A stretch of 64,000 nucleotides of DNA, from positions 7,254,001-7,318,000 of the forward strand of contig NC_043003.1 of the NCBI RefSeq assembly GCF_006345805.1. The letters are read 5' to 3'. Of the stretch, positions 52,783-64,000 are shown in pieces (position 1 is the first letter of the stretch; each line of letters begins with the position of its first letter). Both the position numbers and the translations under genes were made by a program. The notes below the pieces were generated by a model, which saw only the letters and a program-made list of their open reading frames with translations, did not search any database and was not told the DNA's origin. This DNA is from Octopus sinensis (taxonomy: Eukaryota).

Positions 52783-53445
52783 CTATGCATTGTTTAGGAA
52801 CTGTAGCTCTTTGTGGAGATCTTCGAGGAGAGATTGGAAATTAGAGCTCATGTCAACATCGTAAGACCCATTCTCCTCGCTGTAATCGAAGCGAACAGAC
52901 GGAAAATGATTCGAGTCGGGGGATAAATCCTTGTAACTTTGTAACCCTGTGTCAGGCACAATGTATTGATCGTGCCAGTCGTCATTGAGGAGATCTGTAA
53001 CCTTCTGAGAGTTTGAGAAATCGCTGTCACTGAAAGTGATATTCTGAGCTGTTTCGGGACAGTATCGCTTATTCGGCAGAGAATCAGGCAGACATATTTC
53101 AGAACTGGAACGTTTTATTTTCAAACTAATATCCGAAGTGTCTGACAGCAAGGAGTCATTGGGCGACAAAGAGCTACAGTTGTCTGAAGCCGATGAACTA
53201 TTAAAATTTTCTAAGATGGGAATGTCAATATTCGAACTGTATATGCTATCCGAGCTGTTTACGTTGACCAATTTTTTATAAATTGTCTTATCACAATACC
53301 ACGATTCAAACGATTTCGAACCCGTTGCTTCAGGGATTTCGTGTTGAGTGCAACATACATCATAATTGATCGACTCACTACCAACGAAAACCGGTGGGGG
53401 ATTAAAGATGTCCCCGCTGCGTGTGCTCTCATCGATGATGCTCAA
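52783..53445 (-). CDS. 220-codon Ser/Asp-rich ORF, probable frameshifted C-terminal tail of the ETS protein
   Basis: Long stop-free frame in AT-rich DNA with a composition typical of transcription-factor low-complexity tails. It starts at TTG, has no ATG of its own at the 5' end, and overlaps the ETS stop by a 1-nt frame offset next to a G4 run (53447-53450). Confidence 0.65.
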   Translation of the reverse strand: MSIIDESTRSGDIFNPPPVFVGSESINYDVCCTQHEIPEATGSKSFESWYCDKTIYKKLVNVNSSDSIYSSNIDIPILENFNSSSASDNCSSLSPNDSLLSDTSDISLKIKRSSSEICLPDSLPNKRYCPETAQNITFSDSDFSNSQKVTDLLNDDWHDQYIVPDTGLQSYKDLSPDSNHFPSVRFDYSEENGSYDVDMSSNFQSLLEDLHKELQFLNNA

Positions 53446-53610
53446 AGGGGAGTTTCGTCGCTGTTGAAAGTTTCTCTATATTTACTTGGGTATTCAAACG
53501 ATGATTGGTGATGACTGCTCGACTTCATGAATTTGCTATCTTTAAAATCTGTGGTAAACTTATAGAGATGTCTGTCAACTTTCAACAATTTGCCTTTGTC
53601 GATGTAATAC
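53442..53610 (-). CDS. ETS-domain gene, last exon: ETS C-terminal strands (YYIDKGKLLKVDRHLYKF) to in-frame TGA
   Basis: Acceptor tttctcttctgcAG at 53611. The phase 2 junction gives RRAL-G-YYIDKG..LYKF, matching ETS RALRYYY..LVYKF. TGA at 53444-53442 gives 179 aa as assembled. Confidence 0.88.
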
Positions 53611-54739
53611 CTGCAGAAGAGAAATATATAATATTACTATTATTGTTTTTGTCGTTGAAAAGAAGTGAATATACTTCAAGGATAAAACTCTCGGAGAATA
53701 CGTGCAAATGCAAACAAGGAAAGTAATTGCGAGTCAACGAGGGAAGCCTGTACATGGTTTCTCGAACTGCTAGGAACAACAGCAAAATCTCCCTCAAGTT
53801 ACACCATATCATCATAAAAAAAGGAAGAGCATATTGGGGTATGTAGACCTAGAGATATGCCCGAAAATATAATAACTTGCTCAGGTGCTGCGCTGTGGGA
53901 ATGAACTCCAAACCACATGGTTACAAAGTAAGCTTCTTAACCACACAGCCATGCGTGCGTCTGCGCATGTAAAGTAATGTAAAGATCAAAGGCGGCGAGC
54001 TGGCAGAAATGTTAGCACGCCGGGCGAAATGCTTAGCAGTTATTTCGTCTGCCGTTACGTTCTGAGTAATATAGCGCAGGTAGCAAGATACACAACGTTG
54101 GAAAACCGGTACCCACCCGATACAACCGGCTGCAATCGTCAATAACCTGACTTAAGTTTCTTGTGGTATACGTTACTTTTGCTCTTAGGAACACCTAAAC
54201 CTCATCCAAGCTCTTTGCCTGCCTTTTCTTTTTTTTAATTTTTAATGTGAGGTATTGTACTTATATAGCAAATCATATACAAATAACGAAAATCAAAGAG
54301 ACATCAATTATTTAATATCATTAGTTTGACAGAATCGTTAGCAATGTTTCTTCTAGCTTTACGTTCTAAGTGCAAATCCCGCCGAGGTCAACTTTGCCTT
54401 ATATCCTTTCGGGGTCGATAAAATAAATACCAGTTGTGTACTGGGGTTGATGCATTCGACTAACCCCCTCCCACAAAATTTTAGGCTTTGTATTTATAGC
54501 ACAGACGGTTATTATGTTGATACTCAAAAAAGGAAAAAATAGAAAAAAAGTATAACGTTTCAGACATAGTCATTCGTCAGATATTAGAAGACAGTCCAAG
54601 GGGAGATAAGAAAGAGAGGAAAGGAAACGAGACTGAAAGGAGAGAGTCAACAAAAAGCAAACGGGTTAAGTTCACATAATCTAAATTTACAAAAGAAATT
54701 GATTAACAAGTAATGAGATTAACAATAAGCACAACTCAC

Positions 54740-54941
54740 CCTAAAGCCCTTCTTAATTTGTTATGATCCATGCTGAAGTTGTTCTTTTCTCTGCCCCATA
54801 AAGTAGCGAGAGTGCTTAAGCAACAAATACGGAACAATCCTTCACTGCGGTTCTCCCATCTGATTATCGCGTTGTTGTCTCTATTATTATCAAGGAGATG
54901 CAAGAGAAAGTGAAAGAGTCGCTTCCCATGGCCAGAACCAC
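54740..54941 (-). CDS. ETS DNA-binding domain exon, ESE/ELF (ELF3/EHF/ELF5-like) subtype
   Basis: LFHFLLHLL..IIRWENRSEGLFRI..LATLWGREKNNFSMDHNKLRRAL aligns by eye with EHF-type LWEFIRDIL..IKWEDRSEGVFRF..VAQLWGKKKNNSSMTYEKLSRAM. Acceptor gttttgtttttAG, donor GG|GTGAGT, 202 nt, phase 1 to phase 2. Confidence 0.92.
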
Positions 54942-55275
54942 CTAAAAACAAAACAAAAAAACCCCGATTATATGGATTGATGTGGTTTTTGTCAACACTG
55001 TTTCTGGGCATGTGTGTGTAATTATGAGGAATTATGATAAACACGCGTGTATGTGATTTGTTCTCTGCGTACGTTTCACCATTGTGGATGCTGAGCCACA
55101 ACGGATCATTAGGGGAGCACTTTGTTGCATTATGTTATACAGATCCAACGCACTGTGTTACAACGATCATAATTTCTTCTAGAGGAAGCAAAGTGGACGG
55201 AAAAACATTGTATGGAATTCTAAACTGATTAGTAGCAGTCGTACATCTAACTATACACACAAGATACACTATGAT

Positions 55276-55373
<98 letters not shown>

Positions 55374-55380
55374 GTATATG

Positions 55381-55428
<48 letters not shown>

Positions 55429-55441
55429 CATATACATATAC

Positions 55442-55472
<31 letters not shown>

Positions 55473-55676
55473 TATATATATATATATGTATATATATATG
55501 CTTGGACTCTGGTCAACTGAGGATGCGCATTTTATGCAAGCTGTTCTTGGAGCATATTAATACAATATTGCATGTAATCTATGCAGCATTCAGCAATTAA
55601 GAGATGAGAATGATGCGTTGAAACAATTGCAGTATATTCATATATACATACACACACACACCACACACACACACAC

Positions 55677-55727
<51 letters not shown>

Positions 55728-56090
55728 CATAATGTCGAACAATAAGAATGAGTGCTCAACACTGCATTGGTGAAAAGTCAAACCCAAGGGAAGTAATCAC
55801 TCAAACGGTGCCATCTAAGAGTACTGCCCCTTGATCTATTGTTTTCTTTACGCGACTTTGTGAATTCTCGAAATTTTTCTCGAGATATTTCGTGTTTTCA
55901 TCCAAAATGGTGACGAACACAATTCCTCCATTCGATCGGCTTGAAAAATGGTTAATATATTTAGGTATTTTTTTTTAACATGAAACCAATGGTAGCCTTA
56001 ATACACACACACACACACACACACATCGATTGTGTTGCTAATTATGTAATTATTAAAATACGGAAAGGGTTAAGTAATGATATAACTTAC

Positions 56091-56225
56091 TAGTTTCATA
56101 ATCTGAAATGGCCGAGGACATTAGGCAATCATTGTGATCGTTGTTATTCTCAAGTAAAAGAGACAATTCTGGGATAGCGACTTCACGTGTGCTGTTTTCT
56201 TCCTCTTGTTCTTCCCGCTTTTCAA
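56091..56225 (-). CDS. ETS-domain gene, acidic exon (EKREEQEEENSTREVAIPELSLLLENNNDHNDCLMSSAISDYET)
   Basis: Acceptor tgtctttacAG, donor ACTA|GTAAGT. 135 nt, phase 1 to phase 1, no stops, joins in frame to the ETS exon. Too short for the ORF track. Confidence 0.8.
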
Positions 56226-57449
56226 CTGTAAAGACAAACAGTTCATGCTTATTTCTTAAAGTGTACCTTTGTATAGCTCTATAGAACTATCAAGATCTAG
56301 AGTGAAAGAGAGGGAGAGTGAGAAAGGTAGAGAAAGAGAGGGAGAGGGAGAGAGAGAGAGAGCGGTGGAAGAAAAGAGAGAGAAAGTTGTGACGTTCATG
56401 ATTTTTCTAAAGGGACAAACTTTTAACTTTTGAAATGACTTATTGTTAAATTTGTATGAGATTCTGAAAAATGACCAAAATCCTTCCTGTTTTTTTCTTC
56501 CCCAAATGAAGGCGCATGTATGGCTGTGTGGTTAAGAAGCCCGTTTTGAAACCATGTGGTTTCAGGTTCAATCCCACTGTGCGGCACCTTGAGCAAGTGT
56601 CTCCCACTATAACATAAGGCTGAATAATGCCTTTTTGGAAACTATGTGGAAACCCGTGGTATATGTGTGTGTGCATGTGTATTTTTGTATGTGTGTTTGA
56701 GTGCCTTTGCTTGACAACCGTTGTTGGTTGTAATCTAATGGTTCGGCAAATTAATCCGATGGAATAGTACTACACTTAGAAAGAAAATACTAGGTGGTGC
56801 TCTAGCATGGCCGTAGTCCAATGACTGAAACAAGTAAACGAAAAGATAAAAGGCATAAAAGATATGATTTAGAATTAAGGCCAAACTTCCAATCCTAACA
56901 CCAGGATATGGATTTAATATGCATTTCGTCTCTAGCACAGTTCTCTCCCCTTGTTTAGCACTCTTCTTATCATGTCCATTTATACGCCATGTTTTCTTTT
57001 GCACCAGCGTTCACATTTTGCCACAAATTATGCGTTTAAAAACTTTTTTTGAAACCAGGTATTTATTTCAGCTCACTATATAAACTACCGCATTGATTTA
57101 TGACATAAATATCGTCGGTGACCCCCAAAGAAGGCAAAGTGTTAAATACTTATAAACTCTTTCACGTTCGTTAATAGGTGATGCATTTACTGAGGTACAA
57201 TCTGAATATTTTGATAGCGTAAAGTACTGATTCTCGATTTTGTATGTATGTGTAAGGAATGTACCACATTTTTCATTGCTACGTGAAAAATAATAAGACA
57301 TTTGAGATCCACTAAAGTTTCTTTGGGAAAGGAAGCATACACAATTTTATTTGCTAGTCGGGTGATAAAATTGTCAGTATATTCATATTTCATTCTCTGT
57401 TTAAATGTTGAATATTACAATAATTTATTACTATTTTGCACTTATCCTC

Positions 57450-58925
57450 ATGGCTACCTCATGCTGTCGAGAATGATTGTCTTCCCTGCTCAGTTGTGCA
57501 TTCGTTGATAGAATAACGCAGATATTTCCATAATGAACGTAAATAGTGGTTTGTATTAGACGACAAGCACCAGTATCACTTTCTTTCGCTTGATTTCTTT
57601 CAAGATGTTCAGGTCTTCCTTATTCACAGTTTCAGCTCCTTGATGCACAAATAGTTTTTCCCTTAAAGGTCCGCTACTGGCAGCTTTTACAATTTTATCA
57701 AGGTTCTGTTTCATCAGATCCGGAAAGCGTTTTTTTTCTTTTCTAGCTCTGATAATTTTTCTTCTATCAGCTGAAAGTAGAAGACTTGTTTTGGAAGGGC
57801 TTATAACCACCTGGAAGAGAGGACCAGTACATCTGAGTTGGATTTTTTTAAATGACAATTACTTCACAGCTGATCGTTTTTGTTTCACTGAGGACATTGA
57901 AGTTTGTTCGATAGTCCTTCCAACTAATTTCAAGAAGGTTTTGAAGTCCAGTGCTGGAGAAAATATTTCAAGCTTTCAATAAGTAGTCCATCTTTCAGAT
58001 CTATAGAGAAGAACTGGCACAACTACGGAACAGATTACAACTCGACGTTTCTGAAATCTCGAAAGCAACCGAAAGCTGCACCAGCACAGGGAAGTGTGCA
58101 CTGGATCCATGTTAACATTAAAAGACAATTCATTTACGAGATATAGGAAATGGTAAACGTTTTTGAGAACCTTTTCATATAGTTCAGATGGGGGAACTTG
58201 AAAGTTGATGTGGTGAGGAGAAGATTGTAAAAAACCTGTCTTCTTCAAACTGATGTTTAGTACAAAGTAGATATCCGCGCGATTAATTACTTAGATGTTA
58301 GTTTGTAGGTTCCTCTCTGCGCTCGTTTATGAAGCAATATTAATATTCGTATATCGAAAGTCTAGCAGTGAGATTGTAGCCATATTCTTGAATTTGAATC
58401 TGCAGAAGTTGAAGAGATTTTCACCGACTCGGTAGACAATATCTATGCAATAAGTGATAACTTGGCCCTGGTGAGATGCATGATTGCGGGGGATGAATGA
58501 ATAGAACAAAGAGGCTTGGTGCAAGGATGGTCTCTGCGATACTCCGTTACTGCCATTACCAAGTCTCGAAATTTTGAATTTCTTTGCACAACCAACCGTT
58601 TCAAGAATGCAGCAGAAAAGACCGCGAATGACAATATTGAATCCCTCCGTGACATCAACAATGATCAACTACTATGGATGCTACTGTTTTTGAATTTGTA
58701 TAAATGCCGTCCATCTTCACAGCCATTGGATTGCAATGCTTACCTTCTTCCGCCCATTTCACCATTGAAGTCCTGGTTCATGGATCGTACTTAGTCTGGA
58801 ACCTCCCCCACAACCTTTCCGCCATGGGTGACCCTGCCAGGAACATGAAGCTCCCTGCGGCATAGCTTGTGAGGTCATTGGAACACGCAAGCCCTCTCAC
58901 CACGACAAGGTGACGATCCGAGAGG
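57450..58925 (-). mobile_element. Internally deleted RTE-clade LINE relic inside ETS intron 1
   Basis: RTE/Expander-like 5' UTR (TCACCTTGTCGTGGTGAGAGGGCTTGCGTG) joined to degenerate RT (IVDVTEGFN, NGV, YRVGENLFN, LLDFRYTN, VVVPVLLYRSERWTTY, QLRCTG, KKRFPDLMKQNL). Many stops and frameshifts. The 3' boundary is approximate. Confidence 0.82.
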
Positions 58926-59426
58926 GTACCCTGCACTTACTGATTATCGTATTTGATGGCATAAAAGACACATAAGTATATTAGATGCAACGCTATTTCA
59001 ACAGCGCATATTCAGGAAAAATTTTAAGTGTATTAAAGCTTATGGGAAATACAATTCAGGGTAGGACTCAGGGTAATTTTTTAAAAACACTTTTTGAAGA
59101 AAGAAGTGTGTCGTACATACCATAAAAAGCGATAATTATAATTAAAATAGAAATCAATCACACAGAATTTCTCCGAAGGACGAAAAATTCAACGCAAGTC
59201 AATCGGAAGTTAGTTCTATTATCACCCAACTTAATTTTTAAGATCACCCAAAATTTAAAGAATCATTTGCCATGTATTATTGTGAACTATCTTCAACAGC
59301 TGTTTCATCAAGAATAAACAGCATTCGTAATTTATGGAAAATGTTAGTGTAGGATCTGGAGAAATAAAATCCTATGTGCTACTATATTCAATACAACAAT
59401 CACTGCATACACAGATATCTACTTAC

Positions 59427-59460
59427 CAAAACAATCCCAGGGAAAAGCAAAATCCTCCAT
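59427..59460 (-). CDS. ETS-domain gene, first identified coding exon (MEDFAFPWDCF; whole exon 59479-59427)
   Basis: Acceptor tcatctctcaacAG at 59480, donor TTTG|GTAAGT at 59426, ATG in aatatcATGG context. Ends in phase 1, matching the next exon. The frame is open back to the acceptor, so a further upstream coding exon is possible. Confidence 0.7.
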
Positions 59461-59533
59461 GATATTGTTTAAACCAAACCTGTTGAGAGATGAATAAAGA
59501 GTAATTATTGTATTTGCATTTCATATATGTATA

Positions 59534-59641
<108 letters not shown>

Positions 59642-59829
59642 ATATAAATTATGCAATTCAAACAGTGATAGATATAAACCAAAACATAAAAAACAAATAA
59701 AATATATTTTTATAAAACATATAACTTATAACAAGCGGTAATTAAGAGTTCAATTTTGTAATTAAGATACATGATATAAATGTATTTCACTTAAATAAAT
59801 ACACACACATCTATACACGTAGACATACA

Positions 59830-59865
<36 letters not shown>

Positions 59866-60057
59866 TAATATATATATAAATATATATATGCGTATATACA
59901 TATATACGTCCGATCCGTACTACAAAGACACGGACACACTCGAACGCTTAGATTTTAGATCATACAGTCAATCCCTAATTAAAAGGAGCATCCTATTTAA
60001 TATGACAAGACGTATATAATCAATGGTTACGGACACAAAAAGACGAGAGAGGGAAAG

Positions 60058-60088
<31 letters not shown>

Positions 60089-60406
60089 GGGAGAGAGAGA
60101 GAGGGGGGGGAGAGAGATGACGGGTAGAATTAAAAATATATGCCTTCAGAAACAAAAATATTCGAAAAACAATAAATCATGGCATAATCAAGGCTAATTA
60201 GATCCCAATCTCTGTCTGACTTAGAAACTCTCACAAGGAGGCGAAAAACGAAAGTAAAAATATAAATATTCCATTTGTAGTCAACCATAATTCTAGAGAC
60301 CGTAGCATCACATGTTTGGCTAACCGATATCTTCCAATCCTAAACCCGTCATCAAATCTCAGAAAAATAATTAAAGAATCACAAATTAATAACAGCCGAA
60401 GACAAC

Positions 60407-61177
60407 CAGCTGAATTCAAAAAGCGAGATATTCCGCATTTGCCTCCCTGATCGGAAATTCATTTTGACAACGTGGTCGTCATCTTTATCGGGCCAGTGAC
60501 CGACGGTTAGGGTTTGTGTGATTGATTTCTATTTCAATTATAATTATCGTTTTTTATGGCATTTACGACACACTTCTTTCTTCATAAAATGTTTCAAAAA
60601 CGACACTTAACAAAGAGTAAATTCACATCAAAAGGAGACAGAATGTGTATAACAAAAAGCGGAGACCTTCGTTGAGGGACATTTGACATAATTGAACAAA
60701 CAAAACCAACGTACTGGAGAACTGGAAGGAATTGAAGCATAATGATAATATTGATTGCACACAAAAAATCTCATTTACAGCATTATATATCTTCGTAGTA
60801 TTATTGGCTATGGTATATAACTGGTCAGTAAGTTACCAACAGTTTCGCATCGACTATTGTGCTTGGCAAGTTTACTGACTCTTCAGACATGCAAGCCAGA
60901 AGCGCATAACCTATTTTATGGGGTAGGTATATAAATATTTCAAATTGGTGGTGGTAGAAAGAGGACAGAAAATATGGCAACAAGTGTAACATTTTTTGCT
61001 AGGGAAAGAAGGATTGCCTCCCATGGCTCGATGCAATCGGTCGACGAATAGTATCAGCTATGTGCGTGTATGTGTGCCCGTCGGTCACTGGCCTGATAAA
61101 GATGACGACCACGTTGTCAAAATGAATTTCCTATCAGGGAGGCAAAAGCGGAATATCTCGCTTTTTGAATTCAGGTG
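60407..61177. mobile_element. Element bounded by 100-bp inverted repeats (MITE-like)
   Basis: 60407-60506 is the reverse complement of 61078-61177 with about 4-5 mismatches. No TSD found. Confidence 0.75.
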
Positions 61178-61579
61178 AGCACCCGGCTTGAGTGTATTTT
61201 TAGAACGATTCGCTTGTCGGCTAAACAAGGCTTGCAATATCTACTTTCACTCAGATATGGCCAACATCGTCCAAGCAGTTTCCAATTGCTTTTTTACGGT
61301 GGTGATTCCATTTTTAATAGCTGGTTAACGTTGTAACATAGTTAAAAGAGAATCTGTGATTACTTAGCCTGGCTGTTGTCTCAAAAAATCTCTGTGTCTT
61401 TTACCCCGTTGTTGTTGGACGGCACAACCTGTTTCGTTGACCAGTGACTATGCTGCATTGACTGTTAACTGGGCACTCACTGTTAACCCAAAATATGAAT
61501 TCCGCTTTTTAAGGGGGCTTTAGGGGTATTCACCAATGTTTCTTAATAACAGATGCACAGCTGAAGTAGACCATACATA

Positions 61580-61636
<57 letters not shown>

Positions 61637-63301
61637 CTGAATGCGCGCGCGTTTGACTAGAAGCGCTAAAGAAGCTCTCCATTGAGCAAAGCCACTCATC
61701 GTCAATGGCGTTTCTGATGCGGACCGGAAGCAGCTGTTCGACCTAGAATTTGGCACTACTTATGACACCCACCACTGAGTCCACAATGTCAACCTTCCCT
61801 CTTCTAGAAATTTTAGCACTCAGTACTGATGCTGACTAATATTGTTTGTTTTCTCTAGAACAATACAGAAAAACATTTTAAAGGATTGCTCAGCCTAATT
61901 TTGTTGTCTCACACATCTCTTTCAAGCTTTCAAACCTCCGCTTCCCACTAAATTTGAACAAATTTTGAAGATACATATATTTTCCTTTCAAACTTCCGCT
62001 TCTGCAAAGGTGAATAACTCCTACACGAATGAGGAGAAATTATCTCACTTCAACTATTAAGAAAGAGTTTTTGCTGATGGGTTAAGACGGGTCCCTATCT
62101 TACAAGTATATTTTCTGGGAAACAAAACAAATCTAATATGTTTCATTATACACTATTTCAAAGTGGCTTTGTGGTTTTGTAGGGGGCAATGTATGATCGT
62201 CTGCATGTAAATACAAAACTGTGACAATAAACTGGAATAAAATACGAAACTAAAGATTAATTATATATAAACTACATTATACGGCTGGCTGCAGTATTTC
62301 AATTTTATCTTCTTTCACATCAACTGTATATTTGTATATAATTTGATGGATAGAATTGCCATACAAAACATAAAACTTGTATTCCTGGTTGTGATGCTTT
62401 GTGTTACTGCGATCCACTGCCAGGGTCGCACAACACTGCTATGGTTTTGTTATCATCCACTCATTACAAATGGCTGACAGGTAGATGAAAGTTTGTTAAC
62501 ATTTCTTTCATTATTCTAGGAGAATTAAAAAAAAAATTTTTGTGATTAGGAAAATGTTTCTTAAAGGTATTAAGACACATATCAAGTGTGTGTTATGTAT
62601 GATGGGGTAGGATGTAGAAAGAGAGGTATAAAGAAATGATGGGACTTCTCCACATAACTTTCGACGTACCGTAAGCGATCTTCTGCAAGTTTGTGCTAGT
62701 GGTCTGTGATGTTTTGGATTGTTTTCAATATTTTATTATTAGTAATCATATTTGTGCCTATCGATCTTATGCTTATCCGACTCCCTCCCTACGATATCCA
62801 GTCTCCAGTCCACAATACGGCCACATGAGACTGAGGGCAATTTTTTGATACATTTAGAAATGGAGCAAACCGCCATCTTATAAACCGGCAAATACTGTAG
62901 TTAAAAATCACAGCAAGACAATGCATGATGTGGGATTAATACGTCTGGGCGTAAGGAGGAGGATGGGGAGAAAAGACCACAAGGAAGATGAACTGTGCAT
63001 TTCAAGAAAGCACTTAGATGGATAAGAGAAAGTAGGAGGTAGGTAGAGGGAAGAGGTTAAGAATGGAAGTATCCAAGGGAGGTAATTCTAAACATTTGTA
63101 CTGCAATAATACTATATATGATCTTGAGTTCGTAAGCTAATATATATATATATATATATAATATATATATATATATCTATATATATATATATATAATATA
63201 TATATAATTAAATAAGGGTAGAAATTGATTGATATTAATCAATTAAAACCGTGGCTTAGGATATTTAAAAAATCCGAAGATTAAAAATTGTATGTAACAC
63301 A

Positions 63302-63366
<65 letters not shown>

Positions 63367-63369
<3 letters not shown>

Positions 63370-63550
63370 GGGAGAGTTTACGAAAAAAACAAAACAACAA
63401 AAGACGAAGACAGGTGATGTAGAAAAAAAACAGATGTATTAGTATAACGCTCAGGAATAGTAAAAGTCTTTTACGTTTCGAGCCTACGCTCTTCTACAGA
63501 AAGGGAGACAGAAAAAACAAGGAGAGAAAAAATATGTGTAGTAGCTAACG

Positions 63551-63551
<1 letters not shown>
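63367..63551 (-). mobile_element. Penelope-like pLTR fragment with minimal hammerhead motif (63468-63503)
   Basis: CTTT-CTGTAGA-A-GAGC(GTAG)GCTC-GAAACGTA-AAAG. Flanked by (TA)n and (TATC)n. Confidence 0.7.
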
Positions 63552-63628
<77 letters not shown>

Positions 63629-63707
63629 ATATATATATATAGTGTAGTGACCAAAGATCTATATATACATATACATATATATATATATATGTATATATAT
63701 ATGTGTA

Positions 63708-63787
<80 letters not shown>

Positions 63788-64000
63788 TGAGAGAGTATCG
63801 AGACGAATTTATAGTATTCGCGTAATGACGTAATAGCTAAGGACGACAGAACGATTACACTTTATTTCAAATCCAGCCAAATAATTTCTCTGAACAAATC
63901 GTCAAATCACAAAGTCCGTCTCTTATGGCAGCAATCAAAATAACTGTCACGGCTCACCATAGATCTTTGCTGGTCTTCTGAGCATGCGCACTAGAGTGCT

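Noticed and set aside
53442-53475. Programmed ribosomal frameshift (CTT TGA resembles the prfB site)
   Set aside because: That motif drives +1 shifting, whose frame stops within a few codons here. The needed shift is -1 and no slippery heptamer is present.
57098-57301. Short minus-strand ORF as an ETS exon
   Set aside because: No consensus donor in phase 1 to join the next exon.
57556-57858. Lys-rich ORF with a good splice acceptor as an extra ETS exon
   Set aside because: It matches the RTE RT C-terminus (QLRCTG, KKRFPDLMKQNL), and exons 59427 and 56225 already join in phase without it.
61640-61800. CpG-richer patch with ACCGGAAG ETS site as an autoregulatory promoter or upstream exon
   Set aside because: A single 8-mer is weak evidence, no phase-compatible donor was found, and there is no TSS evidence.

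Overview
AT-rich, microsatellite-dense eukaryotic DNA. The repeat content matches my recollection of octopus (coleoid cephalopod) tRNA-derived SINEs; I did not verify this by search. Most of the window is transposon-derived. It carries three SINE families, Helitrons (including a head-to-tail trio with a Pif1-type helicase relic), R4/Dong-like, RTE, CR1 and Tx1-like LINE fragments, Penelope-like fragments with minimal hammerhead ribozyme motifs, hAT/mariner MITEs, SINE-derived tandem arrays and fold-back palindromes. One host gene can be assembled on the minus strand: four GT-AG, phase-compatible exons (59460-59427, 56225-56091, 54941-54740, 53610-53442) encoding a divergent ESE/ELF-type ETS transcription factor. 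One of its invariant DNA-reading arginines is replaced by Gly, and an apparent 1-nt frameshift separates the ETS domain from a 220-codon Ser/Asp-rich tail. Most entries in the ORF track are microsatellite or SINE artefacts. There is no CRISPR array or prokaryotic gene content.
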